Positions 1 through 12,060 of a stretch of DNA of 64,000 bases are shown here, piece after piece. A program made the translations under genes and the position numbers. Source of the stretch: Chrysomallon squamiferum. Lineage: Eukaryota; Animalia; Mollusca. How positions within the stretch are numbered: position 1 is the first letter of the stretch; each line of letters begins with the position of its first letter. The DNA lies in contig CM022667.1 in assembly GCA_012295275.1 (NCBI GenBank), forward strand, positions 5,890,001 through 5,954,000. Direction: 5' to 3'. Under the pieces are notes generated by a model. The model saw only the letters and a list, made by a program, of their open reading frames with translations, was not told where the DNA came from and made no database searches.

Positions 1-111
1 ACTTGTTTGTGATAATCATTCAGAACATTCACTTGAATGTTCTTTAGTTGCTAACAAACATTAACAAGAGAAACTTGTGTCTGATTATCAACACCCAGAA
101 TAATCCCTTAC

Positions 112-118
112 AATAATG

Positions 119-177
<59 letters not shown>

Positions 178-183
178 AATAAT
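112..183. repeat. (AAT)n microsatellite
   Basis: Read directly from the sequence. Confidence 0.9.
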
Positions 184-1094
184 CTATTGTGTTTTGAAAA
201 TGTTTTGTTTACACTGTAAGTATGAGTACACATGTTGTTGTAATCTAGAAACTAAAAACTAATGACACTTGATTTCACCGGATAATGTTTGACTTGACTT
301 CAGCAGATAATGTTTGACACTTTGTACTAATACAGTTTATATATATCATCAGTGTATGATAGTGTGTGTATGGTATGTGGGAACAATCAAATTATCTGGC
401 CAGTGACATAATTAATTTTCTAATATATCTGTATGTTAACCATGTATCTTTAATTTTTTTGTTTTAATTTTTTTTCTTACCACATCTAAGACATTTCAAG
501 TGAGTTTCAACAAATACACAAGTATATACAATGTAGAAAAGAGTACCAACAGTAAATCTAGATCATTTAATATAATGTTATATGAAATTTAGAATGGTTG
601 TCCAAACATTACGCCTCTTAATGTCTAGTGTTAAACAAATTCTCTTACATTACATTGTGTAGTGTCATGTTTAGGTTGTGTTGTCCCATTGAATTGTGAT
701 ACACATGAGAAATCAATGTAGCAGTAGTTTCACATTAAATATGTTGTGGTTGTCCACACCACACTCCTATCAGTGTCTAGACAAATCTGTAACTTATTTT
801 CTTACATTACACTGTAGTTCCATCTTTAGTTTGTGTTTGTGTGTTGAATTGTGTGGTACACAAGAAAAATTACTTTATCATTAGTTTCAAATTAATTTTT
901 AGAGAAAAAAAGAAAAGGAAAGTCTATGTTTTACACTCACATAGAAACTAAATTCATATCATGTTTTCAGAAATGAAATATGCATAATTTTAATTACAAA
1001 TCTGTTACAAAAATGTCCTCAGTCTGCTTTTGTTGTTAATTTTTCTTCTAATTTTACTTAAGATTTTCATTTGACATCTTTTTGACAAAAACTT

Positions 1095-1171
1095 TCATTT
1101 GTTAAGAGGTGTTCCAGTTTCATTTCTTAGTTCATGAGAATTTCCACTGACAGGCTTCGAATCCTTCTTAC
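1095..1171 (-). CDS. Gene A terminal exon, cytoplasmic tail SKKDSKPVSGNSHELRNETGTPLNK*
   Basis: Pyrimidine-rich acceptor ttattcttccaaacag; phase-1 frame open to TGA at 1095-1097; basic residues follow TM3. Confidence 0.65.
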
Positions 1172-4100
1172 CTGTTTGGAAGAATAAAACATACAGTAAA
1201 CTTCAGCAGTTGAAATAAATCTTCTTAAGACTGCAGTGCTTAGGCAAATGAAGATGTGCAAGTGATTGAAAAGTTATCTGTATCATCATTTTATCTTTTC
1301 ATCTTTAAGCCAAGGTCATATTATATTAAAATCATCATATAATCAATTAATAAAATAATAATAATAATAAAATTAAAAAAATTAAAAATTAAAAAAATAA
1401 AATACAATAAAACAATTAAATATGCACTGTCTTTCCCCAGTCTCACAACTTTAATTTCTACTTCTAACCTCTTGTCATCAATTTCTCACTGATATGCTGG
1501 TCATAATTTTGTCTTGATGAAAGTTTTATCAATAACAATACAGTTATAATCTCCAGTTTCATTTTCCTATATTTGTGTATTGTCTGCTTCCAACATAGTT
1601 AGAATTTTACAATCAAATATTGAAACAGACCTTTCTAGGAAAGATATCGATTATATTTAAATAATTTTCAATTAAAACCTATTCATATGTTTTAGAAATC
1701 ATTAAAAATGTATCTTAAAACTCTGAAAGCACATTATAAAGTCACATTTTATATTTGTCATCAGTATCTGAGACCAACATCTTTGTATTATTTGTTCTTG
1801 TCTTTCCTCTTCTTCTTGTTGAACTCTTACGTAGGTACAGAGAAATGCAGTAAAATGTAACAGGTCTTACATTTTTAACAAGGTCTGACTCAAGTAAAAA
1901 TTAGAGACATTCCTTATGTGCTGTTTCATTAAATAATTTATACATTATTAAGAGAAAAAAGAGAAAGTAAATATAAAATGTACTCTTTTGATTTATAACT
2001 AGTACAAAAATATTAATGTTTTTGAAACTCACTGAGCTTTGACATCTTGATAACACCAACAGCACAGAAGACAGCCCCAAAGAGAAAACCAAGAGCACAG
2101 AGTACAATTGCTGCAATCCATGACCCGTCAGTTTTGTCAACTGAAAGACAACACAAGTGTTGTAATGTTTGCTATATGAATGTTGCTAGAATAATGAGAA
2201 TAATACAATAAATTAATGCATTCCTCTTCCAGATATTGCCAGCTAGTTTTAAAAATAATTAATAGTGATCAAATGACAAGTAAAATATAAAACTGAAAAT
2301 GTTTTTTGAGTTAACTGAAAGCTGGAAAATGTTTTATGATGACCAAAAAGTTAACTTACCATTTGTCTTAACAGCCAAGAGAATAGCTGTAACAACTGCA
2401 ATTACGATAACACAAGCTCCAACCACTATCAAAACTATCCCCAGTGTCTTCAGAATTTTGTCTAAAATTACACAATAAATTCAATTAAACTGTAAATAAT
2501 ATTAATAATAATAATACTACTACTACTACTGCTACTACTACTACTACTACTACTACTACTAATAATAATAATAATAATACTAATACTAATAATAATAATA
2601 ATAATAATTAAAAAAAATAATAATATAAATAATAATAAACAAATAATCAGATTGAATACTATAAAACAGCAGTAGAAAAGAGTGAAGTTAAAAAAAAAAA
2701 AATTAAAAACAATAATAAGAAGAATAAAATAAATAAATAAATAAAAATATGCACTATTGAAAACAATTAATTGCTAATCAGTTTCCAAAAACTTTACTTT
2801 TATAGAAATCATTTCATGAACAGAGAAGTGGTGCTCAATTTTTGTTTATGTAGAAATATAAGATTTTATATTCATTGAACCTATACATCTGTAAATAAGA
2901 TCTGTCAAAATTTGTCAAAGATTTGGAAAGCAATCTTTGAAACTCGAAATCTTTGCAAAAAGTGGCCCAAACTTCATATAGAATCCAACATCTAAAACAA
3001 ATCCTATACAGGTAGCATTCTTTGTAAATCAGAAAATGTATTCAGAACATCTAAAATTGATATGTATGATAAAACATTGTTAAATGTATGTTGGATGCAT
3101 CAGTCATTTTATGCAAAATCATATAAATGAGTGAGTAATGTGCAGTTCATTTTGCCTAACCAAGACTGAAAACTATAAAAAAATTCCAATATCAAACTAA
3201 TGTATTTCATATATTCTGCTGCTATCAAATATAAATATCTAGTCTGAAATTTTGGTACAGAATATTAGATCCATTTTAAGTTATTCTGAAAGTCAGTATA
3301 TCAATATCCATGCCCATGTAATGTGTAAGACACACAGCAAAATCTATCATAGGTGGCAGAAAGTTAGAATGGTTAGCATCAAACATTCTGTACCTTCCTT
3401 ACAGGGATAACTGCAACTGTTACTCATTTATAAAGACATGAACTGAATTATTCAAGAAAATCTTTCATGTCAACTCTGTGACAATGAAGAAAAAGATAAA
3501 ACTGCTGATCTTGGATACTGGTGTGAAGAAGGCAGACAGATGTGCACATTATGAATAGAAACATTAGACAAAATGTCCAACACTGAGAAAAAAGAAAATG
3601 TTGCTATCCATTTAACTGTCAACAATGAAGAGCTTTATTCATCATTAATTTGGTCACATAACAAAAAATACTGGTCAGTGTTGAACTGCATCCTTCAAAG
3701 GATTCTCATCACTTCCAGTTATCACCTTTAGCATAAAACCTCTATCAAGTTATAACAGCAGGAGAATATATAAAAAAAAGAAGAGAAAAGTTTGAGTCTT
3801 GAAAGGACTTTTCTTTTACCATTGACATGTTTAATGCACTGATATGTATAAACAGTTCATTATGGATTACTGCTTCAGATATACATAATTTGATTGGGAT
3901 CTACATATCAGGACTACAGTGTGTGTAGTTGATGACAGATTTGTCCAATACAAAAGATGTCCTGTGGTCTCAGGCATTCATACTTTGACTCCTGACTTCT
4001 AAAACAATTATGTCTAGATGTTTTATATTTTCTTATTGACATCCTGGGCTTTGATTTTGATTGAAGATCATTAGAAGGTTACATAATACTCAAGATCAAA

Positions 4101-5503
4101 CAAAAGGTAAAATGGTTATGAATCCTTGAATTCTATTCTAGAAGTAATACATTTTTTGTTTCCTATAATCTTATTTTCTAGTAATAGCAGTGGAATGAAC
4201 AATTGGTTGCTGTGAACATACAAAAGAAAAATGTATCTACATAAACACACACACGGTTTGCCACGTCAATCACCTACTAAAACAAAATGGTGCTATATTA
4301 ACTGGAAACTAGATGAAGTAGGTTACTAATATGGGAAAACACAAAATTACACAGTGTTACACACTACTTCAATCATGTAGCACAACCCAGCCAGGTTTTG
4401 TTCAGTGTCAACATTGAGTAAAATTTAATCTTATTAATAAATCAGAAAGAAATCAAAATACTCGTATGTCACTGTGTGCTTAGCATGATGAGTTGTGGTG
4501 TGTAAAAAATGTTTTTCTGCATCATTTGTATCTACATATGCAACATTGGATGAATCTCAAAGATAAAACAAATAGAAAAACTAAAACTGACCATCAAATG
4601 GCTCCTTCACCACTAGAATGAGGATGACAATTCCAACTACAATCAGAACTGCAAGTACAGCAGACACTGCAATACACCAGTCAAGTGATTCACCAGGACC
4701 TGTAATAAATAAATATACATTAACAGCCACCTTCTTCTTTCACAGAAATGTTTCTTTGTGTCAAATATTATATTAAGATACTTTAGTTATATATCTGAAA
4801 GATCATACAAAGTGTGAAATGGTCAACCTGAAATTTCTTTGCACACTTTCAAACAAACAAAAGCTATTCTGAATAACATTAATGATAATAAAAAAAATAA
4901 TAATTAAAAAAACACAAGGTCTTAAATTGTGAAAATTCTCATAGAACATCCAAGGCTTTGTGTTTTACAAGGTTGTATTGGGGAGATCTTAAAGAACTTA
5001 ATCTGCTGTGAGACTGGCATTCAGATTCATTGTGGAAATAGCTTTACATCCTGTTACTGTCTCTGGTGCAGTCTTACACAAGTTTACAAAAGGTTATGTT
5101 ACCCTCTACTTTGTGTACTTTACAACAGCTTGCTCTGATTACCAAGTTGTTGTTTTTTTCACTTCCCTCACTCACTATTTTGACCCAATAATATCTAACT
5201 ACAAAATCAAGCTCATTTCAAATCCAGACATTATTATTGGCACCAGCACCTCATAAATGCACACAAGAGAGACAGAAGATATAAGGGTGGTTATGCTAGC
5301 AGCTGGCATTTTACTATGTTGGGGATATATGACATTATATGTGTGTTCATAGAAGCTGTGTTTTAAAGTGTTTTATTAGGAACATTTTCATTAATCAGTC
5401 AGATTATTTTTCAACAGCAACAATTTGAATGTTGGTATTTAAAATTCTAATCATATTTAATAAACTTGATGTAAAATCTGACTGGGATAAATAAATAAAA
5501 ACA

Positions 5504-5548
<45 letters not shown>

Positions 5549-5897
5549 GCAATGAATCATCAGTCAAGTATATATTTTGCCACAGAAAGAATTTACACTT
5601 CAGTTATTACATTCATGAAACTATTGTTCAAACTCTTGAACATATTTATAGAAACTTGATTTAAAACTTGACTGGAATTTGAAACATTAAATTTATAGTT
5701 AGACTTTCCAATGTTTTCATAATCATGGTAATGTTAATATGTTAAAATGAATTACTGAAAGCAACATTTATAAAAATGTTGTTTATTCATTGTTGATGAG
5801 ATTTTAGATTTCATTTCCTGGTTGCATTAACAGAACAAAAATAAAAAAAATAAAAATAATACAAGAACAATAATAATAACAATAAATAAATAACACA

Positions 5898-5937
<40 letters not shown>

Positions 5938-8181
5938 TATAATGTAACATGCCTCTTAGCTGTTGAGTCAAAAACAGAAGAAAAAACCTTAAAGGCTGGG
6001 ATTTTAATATTTTTTGTTAAAATATCATATCACTAAAATGAAGTAGTAATATAACTGAGATGCTATGGTAAAGTTACCACAGCATAAGTTAGTTATATGT
6101 ATTGATGACAGCACCAGCAAATATCTTGATAAAGAAGAAATTGCAGGGAAGGTGTGTGATAAATAGAATGAAGCAGATTAAACAGAAAAGTACATGTTTA
6201 GTACATGCAGAATATTGATCAGTGTCACAATACTTAAATACTTCAAAATTATGATTGAAAATAAATGGCTAAAAATGAAATTCTGCACTAATTGTGTAGT
6301 AAATTAAATTTACATTAATAATTATTTTTCTTATAGTATTTTGCAAAATAGAATGACAGTTCTGTGATAAATATTCATAATTTGTTTCTAAATTCATAAT
6401 ATGATTAATACAGTTCCTTTATCATACTAATACTGGAAACACAGAATCATTACCCACAAAATTATTTTAAATTATATTAAATTAATACATTTTTAGGAAT
6501 TATAAAATACAGTTTATGTATTAAGATTTTATGACAATGATTAGTTCTACATATACAAATATAATACCTGTCTGTGGTGTTGTAGTTGGACCTGTGTCAT
6601 TGAAAAAGAAAATGTTTTATGAAAAAAAAAATATATATATATAAACTACCATTTCTGTTTCTAAGGCAAAAATCTTTATGTTGACTATTACACTAAGGTA
6701 TTTTAAAAAATTCACTGGTAGTGTAAATGTATCTGAAAGATCTTGCAGTATGTGAAATGGTCAGTATTGTACTTCTTTGTAAACTTTGATCCAGAAACCC
6801 CTAGATAAATACAGTTTGAAAACACGTATAGAAATACAAAAATATGACTTATCTGAAACCTCTAGAAGTAACAAATAAATTGAGATGATAAAGGGGATGA
6901 TTATGTTAGTAAGTGGTGTTTTACAAGGTTGGAGATGCATAACATTGTGTGTGTATTCATAGAAGCTGTGTTTTAAAGTGTTTTATTAGGAACATTTTCA
7001 TTAATCAGTCAGATTATTTTTCAACAGCAACAATTTGAATGTTGGTTTTTAAAATTCTAATCATATCTATACAATTTGATGTAAAATTTCACTGGGATAA
7101 ATAAATTAATAAGAATAGTAGTGATAGTAGTAATAGTAGTAGTAGTAATCACTGTATAGTAAAATAAATTTACATTAATAATTATTTTTCTTATAGTAAT
7201 TTGCAAAATAAAATGAGTTCTGTGACAAATATTCATAATTTGTTTCTAAATTCATGATATGTCACTCATATAGTCCCTTTATCATATTAATACTGGAAAC
7301 ACAGAATCATTACCCATAAATTATATTAAATTTATTTTAAATTAATACTTTTTATGTACTGAAAAATACAAAATAAAGTTTATGTATTAACATATTATGA
7401 CAGTGATTAGTTCTACATGTACAAACATCATACCTGTTTGTGGTGTTGTAGTTTGACCTATGACATTGAAAAAGAAAATTTAAATGAAATAATAATTTTG
7501 TCTTTATTATTTTGTTTACCGTATGATGCAAAAGAAAATCTTTTATGAAACTTTAGAAACTTTTGAAAAACAATTTAAAATATAACTTTATGTCAACTAT
7601 TATACTAAGGTATTTTAAAAAATTCAGTGGTAATGTAAATGTAACTGAAAGATCTTGCAGCGTGCAAAATGGTCAGTCTTGTATTTCTTTGTAAACTTTT
7701 AAACACAAGTTTGATCCAAAAACCACTGGCTATAAACTGTTTGAAACCACTGCGCAGAAACACGACTCATTTCAAATCACTATCAGCACAGTGCCCTCTT
7801 GAAGTAACAGAATAAATTGAGATGATAAAGGGGATGGTTATGTTAGTAAGTGGTGTTTTACAAGGTTGGGGATGTGTAATGTTATGTGTGTGTTCATAGA
7901 GGTTGTATTTTAATGTGTTTTATTAGGAACATTTTACTAATGAATCATCAGTCACTATATTATATATATTTTTTGTTTTTTCAACAGAAAGCATTTACAC
8001 TTCAATTATTACATTCATGAAACTTCTGTAAACTCTTGAACGTATTTATACAAACTTGATGTAAAACTTCCCTGGATGGCAACATTAATACTTTAAATCA
8101 CTTTACTGACAGTAACAGTTAAGAAGTTGTTTATTCACTGTTGCTGGGTTTTAAACTTCATTTCCTAGTAGCATAAATGCA

Positions 8182-8219
<38 letters not shown>

Positions 8220-9313
8220 TAGATACATCCATACATAAATGCATACATACATATATATAGATATAGATATATATACATACATATACACACGCTTTTAATA
8301 CGTCTCTTAGGTGTTGATAAGAGTCAAAAATGATAAAAACTTTTTATTGCAAATGACTCTGATTTTAACATATTTTTATTAAAATATTATATCACTACAG
8401 TGAAGTAGTAATATAACTGTCTTATTATGGTAAAGTTAGCACAGCACAATTAATTATTTGTATCCATCACCAACACCAGTAATGATCTTGAAAAACAACA
8501 AGCTGCAAGGAAGATGTGTGATAAATGGAATGAAGCGGATTAGACACAAATATTAATTATTTAAAATTATATTAAACTAATTCATTTATGTATTGATGCA
8601 CAAGAATAAGTTTTATAACAAATTTATGTAAATGATACATATATGTTTAATTTGTTTATTCATGTGTAAGTAACTGTAATAAGTAAATCACTATGACAGA
8701 AAAACATTTTACTGTGAATAAGTTCTGTTTGTCACTATTATAACAAATCTGTATGTTGAATACATTATATTAAAGTACATTAAAATTAAATACAGTAGTA
8801 ATATATCTGGAAGATCTCCTAAAGTATGAATTGGTCACTCTTAAATTTCTTTGCAAACCTTCAAACAAAAATGAACTCTGCAAAACTGAATTTTAAAGCA
8901 TATTTTAAGAATACAAACTATAGCTCATTTTGTATCCAGACATTATCACCAGAACCCTTGTAAAGTAAAACAATAAGCAGATATGATATAAGGGATGATT
9001 GTGTTAGTAACTGGTATTTTACAATTTTACTTGGGGATAAATAGCATTATGTATGTGTTCATAGTTTTATTAGGAAGATTTTACAATTCAGTCAGATTAT
9101 TCATAGAAAGAATTGGCACTTCAATTGTTACATCTGAAACTATGTTACATATTAAACATACTCATAAACTTGATACAGAACATGACTGGACTCTCAAACA
9201 TCATTAAGTTTATAGTTTGGCTTTCCAATGTTGTCAATCTTGGAAATGTTATTATTTGAAAATATTTTTTATCCATTGTTTTGGGGATTTTAGACTTCAT
9301 TTTCTAGTAAAAC

Positions 9314-9354
<41 letters not shown>

Positions 9355-10490
9355 TATAACAGACCTTTTAAGTGGTGATACAAGAGAAAATAACAACAAA
9401 TATCTTGTAAAATTAATTAGAATATAACTGTTGTGTCATGATGAAATTAAGCTTGGACAATTAATATCTTTACATCCATCAACACCAGTAATAATCTTGA
9501 TAACCAAGCAGCTGCAGGGAAAATGTGTGATAATGGAATAAAGCAGATTAGACGCAAAGTATGTTTAGTACATGCAGAATATTAATCAACGTCATAATAC
9601 TTATTTAAAAACCAATACTAAAACAAGTGTAGGGTTATAAAATCAGCTGCAACATCATTTTTTTTTAATTATTATTATTTATATTAATCTTTTTTCCTAA
9701 TGTATTACTAGTTTTCAAAACCAAGTAACATTTCTGTTGTAATTACTTGTAACCTTTCTAAATTCATAAAATATTAATCATGTAGCACTTTTTTCATATT
9801 TATATTGGAAATAGAGAAATATTACCCACATATTATGTATTAAGATATTATGACAGTGATTACTTCTATGTGTACAAACATCATACCTGTTTGTGGTGTT
9901 GTAGTTGGACCTGTGACAATGAAAATAAAAATTTTAAATGAAAATATTAGTTTTGTTTTATAATTGTGTTTTGTTGTTGTTATTTATTGTTTTTTGTCTG
10001 TGTATGTGTGTTTTTTCAGTTTCTGCTAATTGGAAATTACTATAAAAATAAAGTTAGACTTCAGATTTTATGCAAAACATTTTTATCCAGGACAAATAAA
10101 TGAGAGATACAAATATGTAGGTAAATGTTTGTAAAAGTCAGATGTAAAACCTACTAAATAACACACACAGACACACATACATCAGTTATTTATTAATTTT
10201 GCATATATTTACCCATTTCAAAAATAAAAAATAAACAATAAATAAATAAATTAAATAAAGCAACAAATGACAATTCAAGAAAGACTGGATGAGGCTGTGT
10301 TCATAATAAAAATTTGATTTAGTTTTTTCCCTCGCAGTGATGAAATGATCTTATCTGAATAAAGAAATAACGTATCACATTTAAGTGTTGTAATAAATAA
10401 AACACTGTGTTAGAAAAATACCTTATTTACTGTGAATCAGTTCTGTTTTCAACTGTTATTAAATAATACTTAACACACGCGTGCGCGTTC

Positions 10491-10530
<40 letters not shown>

Positions 10531-12022
10531 TAACTTTGTTTCAAAGAAATGTTTCTTTATGTTCAATATTATATTAAGGCACTTTAGAAAATGTAGTAAT
10601 ATATATCTGAAAGTATGAAATAATCAGTCTTAAATTACTTTTCAAACTTTCGAACAAAAGACTACTATGCATAAATTTATTAAATTAACAATAATAATAA
10701 AAAATAATAAAAATACAGGCTTCAAACTTAATTAATAGACTTGGAAAATTCTCACATACGTCTAATACATTTCTCTATAAGTAGACTGTCCTAGGAAGAA
10801 GTGAAAGATCTTAATCTGATATAACACTGACATTCACTTGTATTGAGCAAACAACTTTATATCCTGTTACTGGTGGAGTCTCCAGCTCTTTACACAAAGT
10901 AATAGTCCCTACTGCTTTGACCCAATAACCCTAAGCTATGAACAATTTGAAAACATTACCCAGAATTACAAAATCACATTAATTCAAATCTGATATCATC
11001 ATAACTGCAACAGGACAAATAGAAATCACGAAAAGGATGATTATGTTAGCAATTGTTTTGTTACAAGTTTGGGGATGTAGAACATTATGTGTGTGTTCAT
11101 AGGAGCTGTTTTATCAGTCAGATTATTTAGCCACAGAAAGAATTTACACTTCAATTATTAAATTATAGAACTGTTCTTTAAACTCTAAAACATATTCATA
11201 CAACTTGACATGGAAACATGCCTGGAATTTGAAACATCTTTAAGTGTATAGTTAGGCTTCCAATATGGTGAAGTTAGCCTTGCATAATTAATATCTTTAC
11301 ATCCATCACAAACTGCAGCAAATATTTTGATAAACAACCCAGTGCAGGGACAATGTGTGGTAAATGGAACAAAGCAGATTAGGCACAAAGTACATGTTTA
11401 GTACATGCAGAATATTGATCACTATCATAATACTGACATACTTCAAAATTAAAACTGAAAACAAATGTTTGTAAAATTAATTTTTTCTTGCATTTTATAG
11501 TAAATTAAATTTGTATTAATTATTATTATTTTTTTATTGTGTTGTTAGTTTCCAAAATAAAATGACAGTTCTGTTTTCATTATTTGTAATTTGTATCTAA
11601 ATTTGTAACATATGACTCATGTAGACCCTTTATCATGTAAATACTGAAAACACAGAATCATTAGCTATTAATTATTTAAAATTACATTAAATTAATACAT
11701 TTTGAAGAATTTAAAATAATGTGTATGTATTAAGATATTATGATAATGATTAGTTCTACATATACAAATACCATACCTGTTTGTGGTGTTGTAGTTGGAC
11801 CTGTGACATTGAAAATACAAATTTAAAATGAAAAGATTATTATATTTGTTTTGTTTGTTTGTTGTTTTTGTTTTTTTATTATTGTTTTCTGGAAGATTTT
11901 GTACAAGTATGTTATGTGTATGTGTATGTTTCTTGTTTAAATGAAATAGTAATTTTATTTGTATTTGTGTGCTTATATTATGATGTAGATATAAGAAAAT
12001 GCTTTGTAAAATGATGTGAATA

Positions 12023-12060
<38 letters not shown>

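Larger units (their letters stand above)
4740..11830. repeat. Diverged tandem array of ~5 intronic units (~0.9-1.9 kb each) carrying the stalk micro-exons
   Basis: Recurring blocks: gtgtgttcatagaagctgtgttttaaagtg-like near 5340, 6950, 7890, 9055, 11090; gcagggaa-gtgtgtgataaatggaatgaagcagatta-like near 6140, 8500, 9510, 11340. Confidence 0.85.

Noticed and set aside
1901-2140. 79-aa minus-strand ORF resembling a signal or TM peptide
   Set aside because: Wrong frame. Splice phase gives the TM3 reading, and the ORF runs on into AT-rich intron.
6568-11800. Identical short repeats with long spacers, superficially CRISPR-like
   Set aside because: Eukaryotic context, kb-scale spacers that are homologous to one another, and splice sites at the repeat edges; these are micro-exons.
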